Origin: Candidatus Freyarchaeum deiterrae
GTDB taxonomy: Archaea > Asgardarchaeota > Jordiarchaeia > Jordiarchaeales > Jordiarchaeaceae
Reading direction: 5' to 3'
DNA length: 64,000 nucleotides
NCBI GenBank assembly: GCA_037305845.1
Contig: CP147778.1
Location: 2,272,001 to 2,336,000 of the forward strand
Made by a program: the position numbers and the translations under genes. Below the pieces are notes generated by a model that was not told the origin of the DNA, did not search any database, and was given only the letters and a program-made list of their open reading frames with translations. Shown here piece after piece: positions 20,045 to 28,732 of this stretch; the stretch's first letter is position 1; the number at the start of each line of letters is the position of its first letter.

Positions 20045-20407
20045 ATGGGAACCACTGAAATCCGCAAACAACTGAAAGAGGAGCTAACAACACTAGGAAA
20101 AGAAATATCGAATATTCTTAGTGAACAGAATATTTCATCGGAACAGATTAGATGTGTGATAGCCGACATAGACCGGTGCTACATTCTTCTAGATAGATTT
20201 GAGGATGTCTGTAAAGATTTATCCTACTACTTCACCCTACGAAAAGACCTCTGCCGTTCACTAACTCCTCTCATCATCGCTTTAGAAGCATTTGAGGCTG
20301 GAGCCATTGATCTCCCCTCACTAAAATCTGCAGCAGAGAAATCAAATGCTACAGCGAGCATAGAAAGGGCAATAGAAAAACTGGAAGAAACTTTGATTGA
20401 TGCATAA
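20045..20407 (+). CDS. Hypothetical helical protein (120 aa)
   Basis: ORF with GGTGAG SD. Confidence 0.65.
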   Translation: MGTTEIRKQLKEELTTLGKEISNILSEQNISSEQIRCVIADIDRCYILLDRFEDVCKDLSYYFTLRKDLCRSLTPLIIALEAFEAGAIDLPSLKSAAEKSNATASIERAIEKLEETLIDA

Positions 20408-20548
20408 AACTCATTTTAATAGTCTACTATGAGACGCTCGTTTCACATTCAGCCGTTAAAGGTATCTAAAAAAATTACCGCGCTAGGAGTTATGAACTCA
20501 TTTTGAAAGTATCCTGAAAAAGTGCTTCATCTGTCTTGATGTTTCTTT

Positions 20549-21694
20549 CTAACCATGTATGAGTGGACCCACAAGGAATGCGATTAATCCAAACAAAGCC
20601 CCTAGTTTAACGAATAAGCTAGCCCATTTCTGCGCCCTTTGTGATTCATACTTCCAGAGAATTAGTGTAATCGAAATGGCTACAGATATGATTCCTGCGA
20701 AATAGAAAGGAATGAACCAGAAGCCGAGCAGTTTTGGAATGTACCATGGAGAAGGCATGTCGATTACCCAAAACGATGTAAAAATTATCATCCCCGTAAA
20801 ATTAAACGAAGAACCTGCGATACCAAATATATTCAGAATATACCACGGTGAGAACGCATTCATTGTCAACCATGGTGCAAAGGTTGTTATCCCAGTAAAG
20901 TTAAGCACCGAACCTAAGAGACCGGGTAGGATTGGGGAGTACCACAGTGAAGGCATATCTAGTATCCAACACGCTGTAAAAGATATTATTCCAATAGCAT
21001 TGCACACGGAACCCGCGATACCCGCTCTTTTTAAACCATAAACACAAGCTATTGTTTTTGCATTTCTGCATTTGTCACCCTCGACATCCTCCATACCCTT
21101 AATGATTTCCCGCCCTTGAAGCACCATAAATGCTGTAATGAAAAACAGCAAAGTCATCAGTGGAAATCTCAAAATACCCCTCTCCATAGAGGTAATAAAA
21201 GATCCGTAGATATAACCAAAAGCGAAACTAAAAGCAACTACAAAATTACCAAGAAGCCCTGAAACCTTGACTCGAGCTGCATACAAAAGCCCTATGCCCG
21301 AAAAAATCAAGGCAAGTATACCTGAAGCAACGCTTATCCAAAAGGCTAATGCTACACCTGAAGCCCAGAGAACCACTGTATATGCTACTGCCTGTTTAAC
21401 CGTTAAAGCTCCTCTCGGAAGAGGGCGATTCGGTTTATTAATCTTATCAACCTCTAGATCAAAAATATCATTTATCACCATACCCGCAGCAGCAATGAGA
21501 AAGTACACGAAATAGGATATAAAAGCAATCTCAAAAAATCTATTAGGGAAAATCCAGAATTTTGACCAAAAGAATTGTAAATTGAGATTATCGAAAACAT
21601 TCGCTACCAGCACTGCAGATAATACAGTAAGGCCTCCCATTACACAATTTACTGGCCTTATAATTTCAACGCAAGCCTTAAACTCCATGAGCAA
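20549..21694 (-). CDS. UbiA-family prenyltransferase (DGGGP synthase-like)
   Basis: IRPVNC, INDIFDLEVDKINKPNRPLPRG and REIIKGMEDVEGD motifs. Confidence 0.9.
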   Translation of the reverse strand: MLMEFKACVEIIRPVNCVMGGLTVLSAVLVANVFDNLNLQFFWSKFWIFPNRFFEIAFISYFVYFLIAAAGMVINDIFDLEVDKINKPNRPLPRGALTVKQAVAYTVVLWASGVALAFWISVASGILALIFSGIGLLYAARVKVSGLLGNFVVAFSFAFGYIYGSFITSMERGILRFPLMTLLFFITAFMVLQGREIIKGMEDVEGDKCRNAKTIACVYGLKRAGIAGSVCNAIGIISFTACWILDMPSLWYSPILPGLLGSVLNFTGITTFAPWLTMNAFSPWYILNIFGIAGSSFNFTGMIIFTSFWVIDMPSPWYIPKLLGFWFIPFYFAGIISVAISITLILWKYESQRAQKWASLFVKLGALFGLIAFLVGPLIHG

Positions 21695-22183
21695 TCACCG
21701 GTGTTTTAACATTTTTAATACGGTAAATGGGATCTACTTGTTCCAACGAATCTAAAGTACGCCTTACTATGCGACTATGAAATATTAAAATCTTACATAA
21801 ACTAATCCAATTGCACAGTACGTGTTAACTGGCGCCTATATAAAACTAATCAAACCATAAAATGGTTGCTCTAAACAAATATGTCCTTATATTTTTAATG
21901 TTGAACTCCATTCTAAAGTTAAATATCATTTATATAACACAGTAAACCTCATTATTACAACACTAGTTAATTCCAAAAAAGGATGCAAATTAATGATTTT
22001 CAATACAAAAACCCGCCATTAACTTTCTTTATGTAAGAAATTACAATTTTTTTCTTTCAAAAAAATAGAAAAAATAAAAAGGATTATAAATATCGAAAAA
22101 GAATATATTAAACTTAGGTAACTTTTTATTTAGTAACCAATTAACAGGTCGAAAATCAAGAATAATATTGAAAGGTGTTTAAG

Positions 22184-22345
22184 ATGTCAGAAAGCACATC
22201 ATCTGTGAGAGTAAAATGCCCCAAATGTGGTGGAATTAATATAAAACAGGTACAAGATAAAGGAAAGGTAATAAGCTACGCCGGACAAACACCGATCTAC
22301 AAAAAAGTCTGGAAATGCAAAGATTGCGGAGCCAGCTGGGAATAG
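22184..22345 (+). CDS. Small zinc-ribbon protein (53 aa, missing from the ORF track)
   Basis: Manual translation: MSESTSSVRVKCPKCGGINIKQVQDKGKVISYAGQTPIYKKVWKCKDCGASWE. AAGGTG SD. Confidence 0.8.
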   Translation: MSESTSSVRVKCPKCGGINIKQVQDKGKVISYAGQTPIYKKVWKCKDCGASWE

Positions 22346-22684
22346 GAACCTCTCCGAAATTTCATAAATACAAAAAATCAAAAGCCTACTCCATAAATCT
22401 CCTTACAGGTTCCTAACCAATATCTAAGACCTTTCCCCTCTTTCCAAACCCAAGCCTACCAAAACAGCGAAATGTATCCGACTAAACGTTGAGAGGGAAA
22501 GAATAGAAAGCTAACATTTGCCGGTTCTCCTCTTTTTTTTCCAACAAACCCAGTGATGCTTTACCTTTATTCAATACTTTTTGATATCCGACATTTGAAA
22601 TTTTTTTTTAATATGAAATGATATTAGTGAAAAACTTTATATGTCGCCAAAAGGCTAATTTCATTAGTTGAGGAGCTATTCATT

Positions 22685-23155
22685 ATGGCAGACGAGTTTA
22701 GTGAGCTACTTGCCGATTTTGGCAATGATAAAAAAGTAAAAGAACTAGCCGAAATTATTCAAGGAGTGGTAAAAATACTCCTGAATGCAGTCGACATGCT
22801 TGAGGGAAGAATGAACCAAATAGATAACCGAATGAATGGCCTGGAAAAATACGTTAATAGTAGAATGGACGATTTACAAAGGTTTGGCGGATCCGCCGAT
22901 CCTAGAGGAGAAAAACGAAAAGCCTCTGCAGATTCTGATAGAGATGATTCGGACTATAAGTCAGGTAGCAGGGAAACTGGTCCATATTCCCGTCCAACAC
23001 CTGCACCTGCATACGGAGCACCAGGAGGAACTGCTACAGCAAGCGGTCCCGGTCCAGCGCCTGGAGGCGGAACCGGAGGCCCCATGACTGCAAGGATGCA
23101 ACTACAAGGCGAATTAAAAGATCTCTTTTCTAGGATGCGCTCAAGAAGAGGCTAA
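22685..23155 (+). CDS. Hypothetical protein: coiled coil, Pro/Gly-rich linker and basic C-terminal helix
   Basis: GAGGAG SD and a TTTATAT TATA-like box upstream. 156 aa. Confidence 0.75.
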   Translation: MADEFSELLADFGNDKKVKELAEIIQGVVKILLNAVDMLEGRMNQIDNRMNGLEKYVNSRMDDLQRFGGSADPRGEKRKASADSDRDDSDYKSGSRETGPYSRPTPAPAYGAPGGTATASGPGPAPGGGTGGPMTARMQLQGELKDLFSRMRSRRG

Positions 23156-23346
23156 ATAACAGTAAATAGATTTTCAGCCAGCACTACTATTATTGAACTT
23201 AATCACTCCCTCTATCCTTAATTACTGGACAGTATAAATGAAGTCTGATTCGGCTTGGTTTTTGATTGTACTTTAAAAATTAGAAAACCTAATTTTAAGT
23301 AAAATAAACTAATATTTTGAGTATATATAAGAAAAAAGGAGGAGTA

Positions 23347-24660
23347 TTAATTTTTACTCTTGAGCTTTTTGACCTCCGCCAATAGAGCTTCCAGAATCTC
23401 TTTGTCTGATAAGCAGCCCTCTGGCGCGTCTATAACCTTTCTTAATCTAATTGGGACGTGATCCATTCGATAGGCGGTTCCTTCACATTCTATACCTGCT
23501 ATAGCTGGAGGCAAAATTACAGAAGCAACCTCGGTGGTCGGGTTTATGTGAGGTTCAATGGCAATTACGGGTAGTTTAGCCATATAAAATATGCTGCTGG
23601 CAGGAAAGTGTGAGACTGGATCCGAAGCTATTGCCAAAACTGCGTCTGCTTCTTCTCTCTGAAGAACATCGTTAGAAGTAGTTTCTCCCGGATTATAATA
23701 CGGGTAACCTCTCTGATAGTCTACACCGAATGGGTAACCCGATTGCCAACATGCAACCTGACTAAAGCCTGCAACGTTATAATGACCTCTCATCGCCATT
23801 ATAACCCATTTAGAGTACTTATTCAAGTCGATGGTTAGACTGATTGCGTTTTCGATGTTTCTATGCTTACCTCGGGACATGGTTAATCCTAAACCGAAGA
23901 AGATTACGCCGAATCCCGCGTTTTTCATTAGTTCCGCAACTTCCTGAATCTTGGAAACAGGCACCCCACCCACATCTTCTCCTCGGACGGGCAGTCCCTT
24001 TATTGCGGCTCTAAAAGCATCAAAAAGCTCGTAATCATACCCCGGCTTAATCTGTAGGAAATGATCCGCAAGCCTCGCAGTATCCGTGTTACGTGTATCA
24101 ATTACTATAAGTGTTCGATCCTTTTTTCCTTGTTCTCTGAAAAATCCTCTAACAAAAGTGGTGTATCTCGCCATGTGTCTCGGGTGTGCGTGGGCAGGGT
24201 TGCATCCCCAATAAACTATGACGTCCGCCCTGTTCTTTACCTGTCCTAAAGTGCATCCCGGAATACCCACCTCTTCCACTGCAATGGTGGAAGGACCATG
24301 GCAAACACTCGCCGTATCATCTATAACCGCGTTGAGTTCTTCAGCTAACTCAAATCCAACGCGGTCAGCTTCGCATTCCGTTGAGGCCCACCCGTAGAGA
24401 AGCGGTCTCTCCGATTTTACAAGGATTTCAGCCGCCTTTTTGATAGCCTCCTCAAAAGTTGTTTCTTTAAGCTCACCCTTTTCCCTAATCATCGGTTTAG
24501 TAATTCTATGATGTTCCTGAGCATTCATGAACTTCGCGGTACCAATGGTACAGAGATTCCTAGTTTCAACTATTTTCTCATCCTCAAGGATTACTTCTCC
24601 ATCATCACAGAGTGAACCGCAAAACGGACAAACAATATCTGTCAAAACTTCTCGAGCCAA
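23347..24660 (-). CDS. fwdB: Formylmethanofuran dehydrogenase subunit B (Cys form)
   Basis: CPFCGSLCDD, VCHGPS, GQVKNRAD and MRGHYNV motifs. Confidence 0.95.
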   Translation of the reverse strand: MAREVLTDIVCPFCGSLCDDGEVILEDEKIVETRNLCTIGTAKFMNAQEHHRITKPMIREKGELKETTFEEAIKKAAEILVKSERPLLYGWASTECEADRVGFELAEELNAVIDDTASVCHGPSTIAVEEVGIPGCTLGQVKNRADVIVYWGCNPAHAHPRHMARYTTFVRGFFREQGKKDRTLIVIDTRNTDTARLADHFLQIKPGYDYELFDAFRAAIKGLPVRGEDVGGVPVSKIQEVAELMKNAGFGVIFFGLGLTMSRGKHRNIENAISLTIDLNKYSKWVIMAMRGHYNVAGFSQVACWQSGYPFGVDYQRGYPYYNPGETTSNDVLQREEADAVLAIASDPVSHFPASSIFYMAKLPVIAIEPHINPTTEVASVILPPAIAGIECEGTAYRMDHVPIRLRKVIDAPEGCLSDKEILEALLAEVKKLKSKN

Positions 24661-24700
24661 ACTTATTTCCTCCTAGAATATTCTTCAGCTGTTTTAACTT

Positions 24701-24760
24701 TTGCCATGTAGAATGTTCTAACTTCTACTAAGACAAATGCTACAGTAATATAAATGTATC
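24701..24760 (-). promoter_or_regulatory. Repeated promoter/leader cassette, copy 1 (upstream of fwdB)
   Basis: 60-nt gapless repeat, 50-51/60 identical to the other two copies by manual count. Contains a TTTATAT box and ends at ATGGCAA. Confidence 0.8.
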
Positions 24761-24933
24761 ACCATGTCAAAACGGTATTAAAAAATAGTTTATAAAAATT
24801 AGAATAAAAAACCCCGAGACTTATCCAGAGATTATTCCTTAGTACCTGAATTTGTACCTAGTTCTTGTAATGCAAAGAAATAATTAGTTAACACTAAAAA
24901 AAGAGAAGGATTACACCTAACTTCTTTTCCATT

Positions 24934-25338
24934 CTATTTTACCAAAAATTTTCTTGCTATTTCGATAGCGCTTAGAATAGGCTTACCTGGAGCTGGCTCA
25001 ACGGTAACATCTACTCCTTTAAAGGAAGGCATGCCCGTAGAGTCTGTATATGGATTTATAACTTGATTAGCCCAAATTCCCATAGGTATGTAAGCAATTC
25101 CTTGATGTGGCGCATCCGGTGACTTCTCAGCTCTGACTATAACTTCGCCAAATTTTGATTTAACTAGAACAGTGTCCCCACTTAGAATTTTTAGCTTCTT
25201 CATGTCTTCAGGGTCTAGAAAGCATTTTCCGCAAGCCCTAGTATTTATGTCTCCTGACTTATCGGTCTCAATTGCTACACCCTGATCTACAGTTCTACCC
25301 GTATTCAAAATTAATTTAAGAGCGCTACTTTTGGACAT
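24934..25338 (-). CDS. fwdD: Formylmethanofuran dehydrogenase subunit D
   Basis: LNTGRTVDQG, IPMGIWAN and TGMPSFKG motifs. Confidence 0.95.
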   Translation of the reverse strand: MSKSSALKLILNTGRTVDQGVAIETDKSGDINTRACGKCFLDPEDMKKLKILSGDTVLVKSKFGEVIVRAEKSPDAPHQGIAYIPMGIWANQVINPYTDSTGMPSFKGVDVTVEPAPGKPILSAIEIARKFLVK

Positions 25339-25388
25339 TTCATTTTCCTCCTGTCACAACATTAGCATATTTTCCAGTCTGTTTACTC

Positions 25389-25448
25389 TTGCCATGTACA
25401 ACATCCTAACTACTACTAAGACAAATGCTACCATCATATAAATTTATC
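25389..25448 (-). promoter_or_regulatory. Repeated promoter/leader cassette, copy 2 (upstream of fwdD)
   Basis: Same 60-nt element as 24701-24760. Confidence 0.8.
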
Positions 25449-25559
25449 TTCATTTAGTTTAACTCTTGGAACCATTTTTTGATATATTCCTATCTCAAAC
25501 ACAAAATGAATTAACTAAAGAAATGAGAAGTTTAATCCCAGAAAACTATAACGATTTTA

Positions 25560-25911
25560 TTAAAGTAATGCTTCGAATACAAGAACTTCGTAATCTTCGG
25601 AGATATCAAAAAATTTAGACACTCCAGAATAAGGGGAAAAACTAGAGAAGTAAAAACAACTTGAAGATACGTAATGCATCTTCACATGAGGTAAAAATAA
25701 ACGGAATCTGAATGGAGCCATCAATATCAGAAAAAGAATTTTATGTCACATGCTTAGGAGCATAGCTGTGCCAGCTGTCCGTGACCTCACGAGATGAGAA
25801 GTGAACCACCCTCAAACCTCTTCGGTGTAAGCCGCTCTAAAAGGAGACCAAATCATGATTTAGAGTGAGAGTAAGGGAGCCTCTCAAGTATCGCTAGGGG
25901 AAATAGTTCAC
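25560..25911 (+). mobile_element. Degenerate IS200/IS605-family (tnpB) remnant with right end
   Basis: AAT CTG AAT GGA GCC ATC AAT ATC (NLNGAINI) at 25705 resembles the TnpB C-terminal D-x-N-(G/A)-A-x-N-I motif. The element ends GGGAGCCTC...AGGGGAAATAGTTCAC, like IS605-type right ends. No intact ORF; left boundary approximate. Confidence 0.5.
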
Positions 25912-26168
25912 TTTCTTTCAGATGTTTCAATTTTAATTGCCCCACTGGGGCAGACCTTAACGCAATCTATGTATTTACATTTTGAGCATAATTCTGGTTT
26001 AAGCACACACGCTACACCGTTAACCACACAAATAACTTCATCTGCTTTCTCAACTTGGCAAGATTCAAATCCACTCTCGTACAGTCTTCTCTCTACCCCA
26101 TAAGGACAGACAATAACACAATTGCCACATCCTTGGCATATTTCCCTGTTGATTTTCACTCTTGCCAT
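25908..26168 (-). CDS. 2x[4Fe-4S] ferredoxin (FwdG-like)
   Basis: CQGCGNCVIVCP and CSKC...CVKVCP. Start placed at MARVK. Confidence 0.85.
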   Translation of the reverse strand: MARVKINREICQGCGNCVIVCPYGVERRLYESGFESCQVEKADEVICVVNGVACVLKPELCSKCKYIDCVKVCPSGAIKIETSERK

Positions 26169-26221
26169 GTAGAACACCCTAACTTCTATAGAAACAAATG
26201 CTACCATAATATAAATGTATC
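26162..26221 (-). promoter_or_regulatory. Repeated promoter/leader cassette, copy 3 (native promoter and start of the ferredoxin gene)
   Basis: Same 60-nt element. Here the ATGGCAA is the ferredoxin start. Confidence 0.8.
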
Positions 26222-26566
26222 ACTAGACAAAAACGATATTCAAAACTAGTCTATAAAAATTTGCAAAAATAATGAGTCCCCCTTCTCTCAAAAACAAGCT
26301 GCAACATAACCAAGAAATAAGGGAACATCTCAAGGTAAGTCCAAGTTGACACCATCAATACACCCTTCAAAAACAAAAACCTCATTTAAGAAAAAGAATT
26401 ATTAAAGCTATAAATTTAAAAGTAATTGAGAATATGTTCTAACGTAAAACTCAAACATATAATGTTATTGATGGGCTGATGGAAAAACTTCCAAGCCTCA
26501 AAACAAACCCAAACAAATTAATAAATAACCAAATACACCATAAAACTCTAAACGAGGTAGCCCTTT

Positions 26567-26818
26567 ATGGAAACCGCTAAAAACGTTTATAGAATCCATA
26601 TAAGAACCCGAATCTGCAACGGCTGCGGAGACTGTGTCACGTCATGTCCCGTGAACGCTCGATTAAGAATGGAAGGTAACACCGACGAAGAAAAATATAC
26701 GGTTGTCGTAAATAACGGAAAATGCCGAGTAGTAAACATAGACGCTTGTGATGGATGCGGCGTCTGCGTAGAATCCTGCTCAATGAAAGCCTTAAAACTG
26801 GAGCAAGCCGAAAGGTGA
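26567..26818 (+). CDS. 2x[4Fe-4S] ferredoxin (FwdG-like)
   Basis: CNGCGDCVTSCP and CDGCGVCVESC. GAGGT SD. Confidence 0.88.
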   Translation: METAKNVYRIHIRTRICNGCGDCVTSCPVNARLRMEGNTDEEKYTVVVNNGKCRVVNIDACDGCGVCVESCSMKALKLEQAER

Positions 26819-26823
26819 GAGAA

Positions 26824-27498
26824 ATGTATCCACATTACGAGCAACAGATTAAAAAGGATAAAATAGTCACCGAAATGAAAATGTTAGATGTTGACGCGAA
26901 ACTCACACTAGACCGAGATAAATGCACGGGATGCGGAATATGCATAACCGTATGCCCCAAAGAAGCAATCGAGCGAGGACCGGTTGGAGCTGCCGATAAA
27001 AAGTTGTCCGATGTTCCTGCGGTTCTCGTTGACGAGAAGAAATGCAGTTTCTGTGGAGTTTGCGCACATCTCTGTCCCTTTGACGCTCTTGAACTCAGAA
27101 TCAACGATCAACCAAAGCTTCTGGTCGTCGAAGGAGGAGCTTTACCCCAACTAAAATACGAAGAAGTAAAACGAACTAGCGACGAAGGTAAGACTGCAAA
27201 AAAATTCTTTGAAGGGGAACTCAAAGTCCATCCTGAAAAATGTCCTGGAGGATGCGCCACCTGCACACTTATCTGCCCCACTGGAGCTTTATCAATTCCC
27301 AAGCGTGAACACCCCTGGGATAAGCCGCCAAAAATAGAGGTAGACCAAGACAAGTGTATACTTTGCGGAGTATGCGTATCCGGTTGCCCGGGTGAAGGAG
27401 CCCTCGAACTAGTAAGGACCAATGTGCTCTCGGAGGGTGAACACACAGAAATCTGGGACAAAATTGTTGAAAAATTAAAAACTCCGAAAACTTCCTAA
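26824..27498 (+). CDS. Polyferredoxin (FwdF-like, four cluster motifs)
   Basis: Four CxxCxxCxxxCP-type motifs including CPGGCATC. Start placed at MYPHY. Confidence 0.85.
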   Translation: MYPHYEQQIKKDKIVTEMKMLDVDAKLTLDRDKCTGCGICITVCPKEAIERGPVGAADKKLSDVPAVLVDEKKCSFCGVCAHLCPFDALELRINDQPKLLVVEGGALPQLKYEEVKRTSDEGKTAKKFFEGELKVHPEKCPGGCATCTLICPTGALSIPKREHPWDKPPKIEVDQDKCILCGVCVSGCPGEGALELVRTNVLSEGEHTEIWDKIVEKLKTPKTS

Positions 27499-27718
27499 TT
27501 TTCCATTCTTTTTATCTTAGGGTTAGTAATTCTCGGTTTTTCTGGGTTGCAGTTTTTTGATTTGTTTACTCACGTTAGGCACTTGGATAAAATTCGGAAG
27601 GTTCATATGTTTGTGTTCATTTCTTTTCTCAATGTTTTCTGGTTTAAAATGAAGCTAAAAATTTTTATATAAATTTGGGTATTTTTAATATTAAATAGTT
27701 ATAAGAGGAGGATGTGAA

Positions 27719-28153
27719 ATGTCAGAAGAATCCAAGCGTAAGGCATTTAAGAAGCTTGAGGAAGCCTACAAAGGGAAATTAGATGCACTCGAGGAAGTTT
27801 ACACCGCCGACTGTATCGTCCACCGAGCGCCGGGTCCCGTTTATAAAGGTCTGGAGTCCTTAAAAAAGGCCATTGCCGAATGGCGCAAAGCCTTCCCCGA
27901 CACCCAAATGACAGTAGACGAGTTAATCATCGCAGGCGACAAAGGCGCTGCTCTCTTTACCATTCAGGGCACACATAAAGCGCAAACGGAGGGCTTCCCC
28001 TTTCCACCCACCGGCAAGAAGGTGAAATTCAGGGAAGCCAGCATACTTCGTTTTAAGGGAGATAAAGTCGCCGAAGAGATTAGCTTTGGCGATAATTTGG
28101 GCTTGTTGCAACAGCTCGGCGTTATCCAGCGCGGCGTTTTACCACCAAGATAA
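27719..28153 (+). CDS. SnoaL-like ester cyclase (NTF2 fold)
   Basis: AFPDT, GTH and PPTGKKV motifs, plus DNLGLLQQLG. Confidence 0.9.
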   Translation: MSEESKRKAFKKLEEAYKGKLDALEEVYTADCIVHRAPGPVYKGLESLKKAIAEWRKAFPDTQMTVDELIIAGDKGAALFTIQGTHKAQTEGFPFPPTGKKVKFREASILRFKGDKVAEEISFGDNLGLLQQLGVIQRGVLPPR

Positions 28154-28323
28154 TATAACTATCAAAAATGAGATTTGCAATAAACAGAATTTAATAAAGC
28201 AGGAATAAAAGCCGTATAAGGTGTTATGCGAGTCTTGTGCCAAAGAAGTAATAAAAGATGAAAATCGGCATACTTAAATTTCAGAACTCTTTTTGAGTTA
28301 GAAAGCAAGGGAATAATTGATGA

Positions 28324-28463
28324 AAAGTTAGAAAACACTCGCTACCAAAGCTCGTGAAGCTACTAGAAGTCGAAGACATGTGTCGGTACACGGGGTGGGC
28401 CCTCGGTCAGTTAGACGCGGTTCGAAGAAACACAGCATAGGCTCTCAGAAAAATACTATTTTA
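28324..28463 (+). pseudogene. Probable HEAT/PBS-lyase repeat gene remnant
   Basis: Manual translation KVRKHSLPKLVKLLEVEDMCRYTGWALGQLDAVRRNTA*ALRKI has an internal stop and no start. Confidence 0.4.
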
Positions 28464-28732
28464 ATCAAAGGGACTTGAGCTTTCTCGCTAATCTTCTGTG
28501 AAGTAACCTGCCCTGCAAAGGCAAATGATTAAGCTAACCAAAAATTTTCGACTTCAATTTCTATTCAGTCAAAACAACAACCAGTTTTAAAATAAGATTC
28601 TTGAATTGGATTTATTTAAATACATAATCTCTCAACTGTTATAAAGAATAAAGGTAGATAAATCAACGAAAAAAGATAAATAATAACATGGAATATGTTG
28701 TGAAAGCTAATAAAGTACTTGAGGGACGCTTG

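Noticed and set aside
23347-24660. Selenocysteine form of FwdB
   Set aside because: The active-site position is an ordinary Cys (VCHGP) and there is no in-frame TGA.
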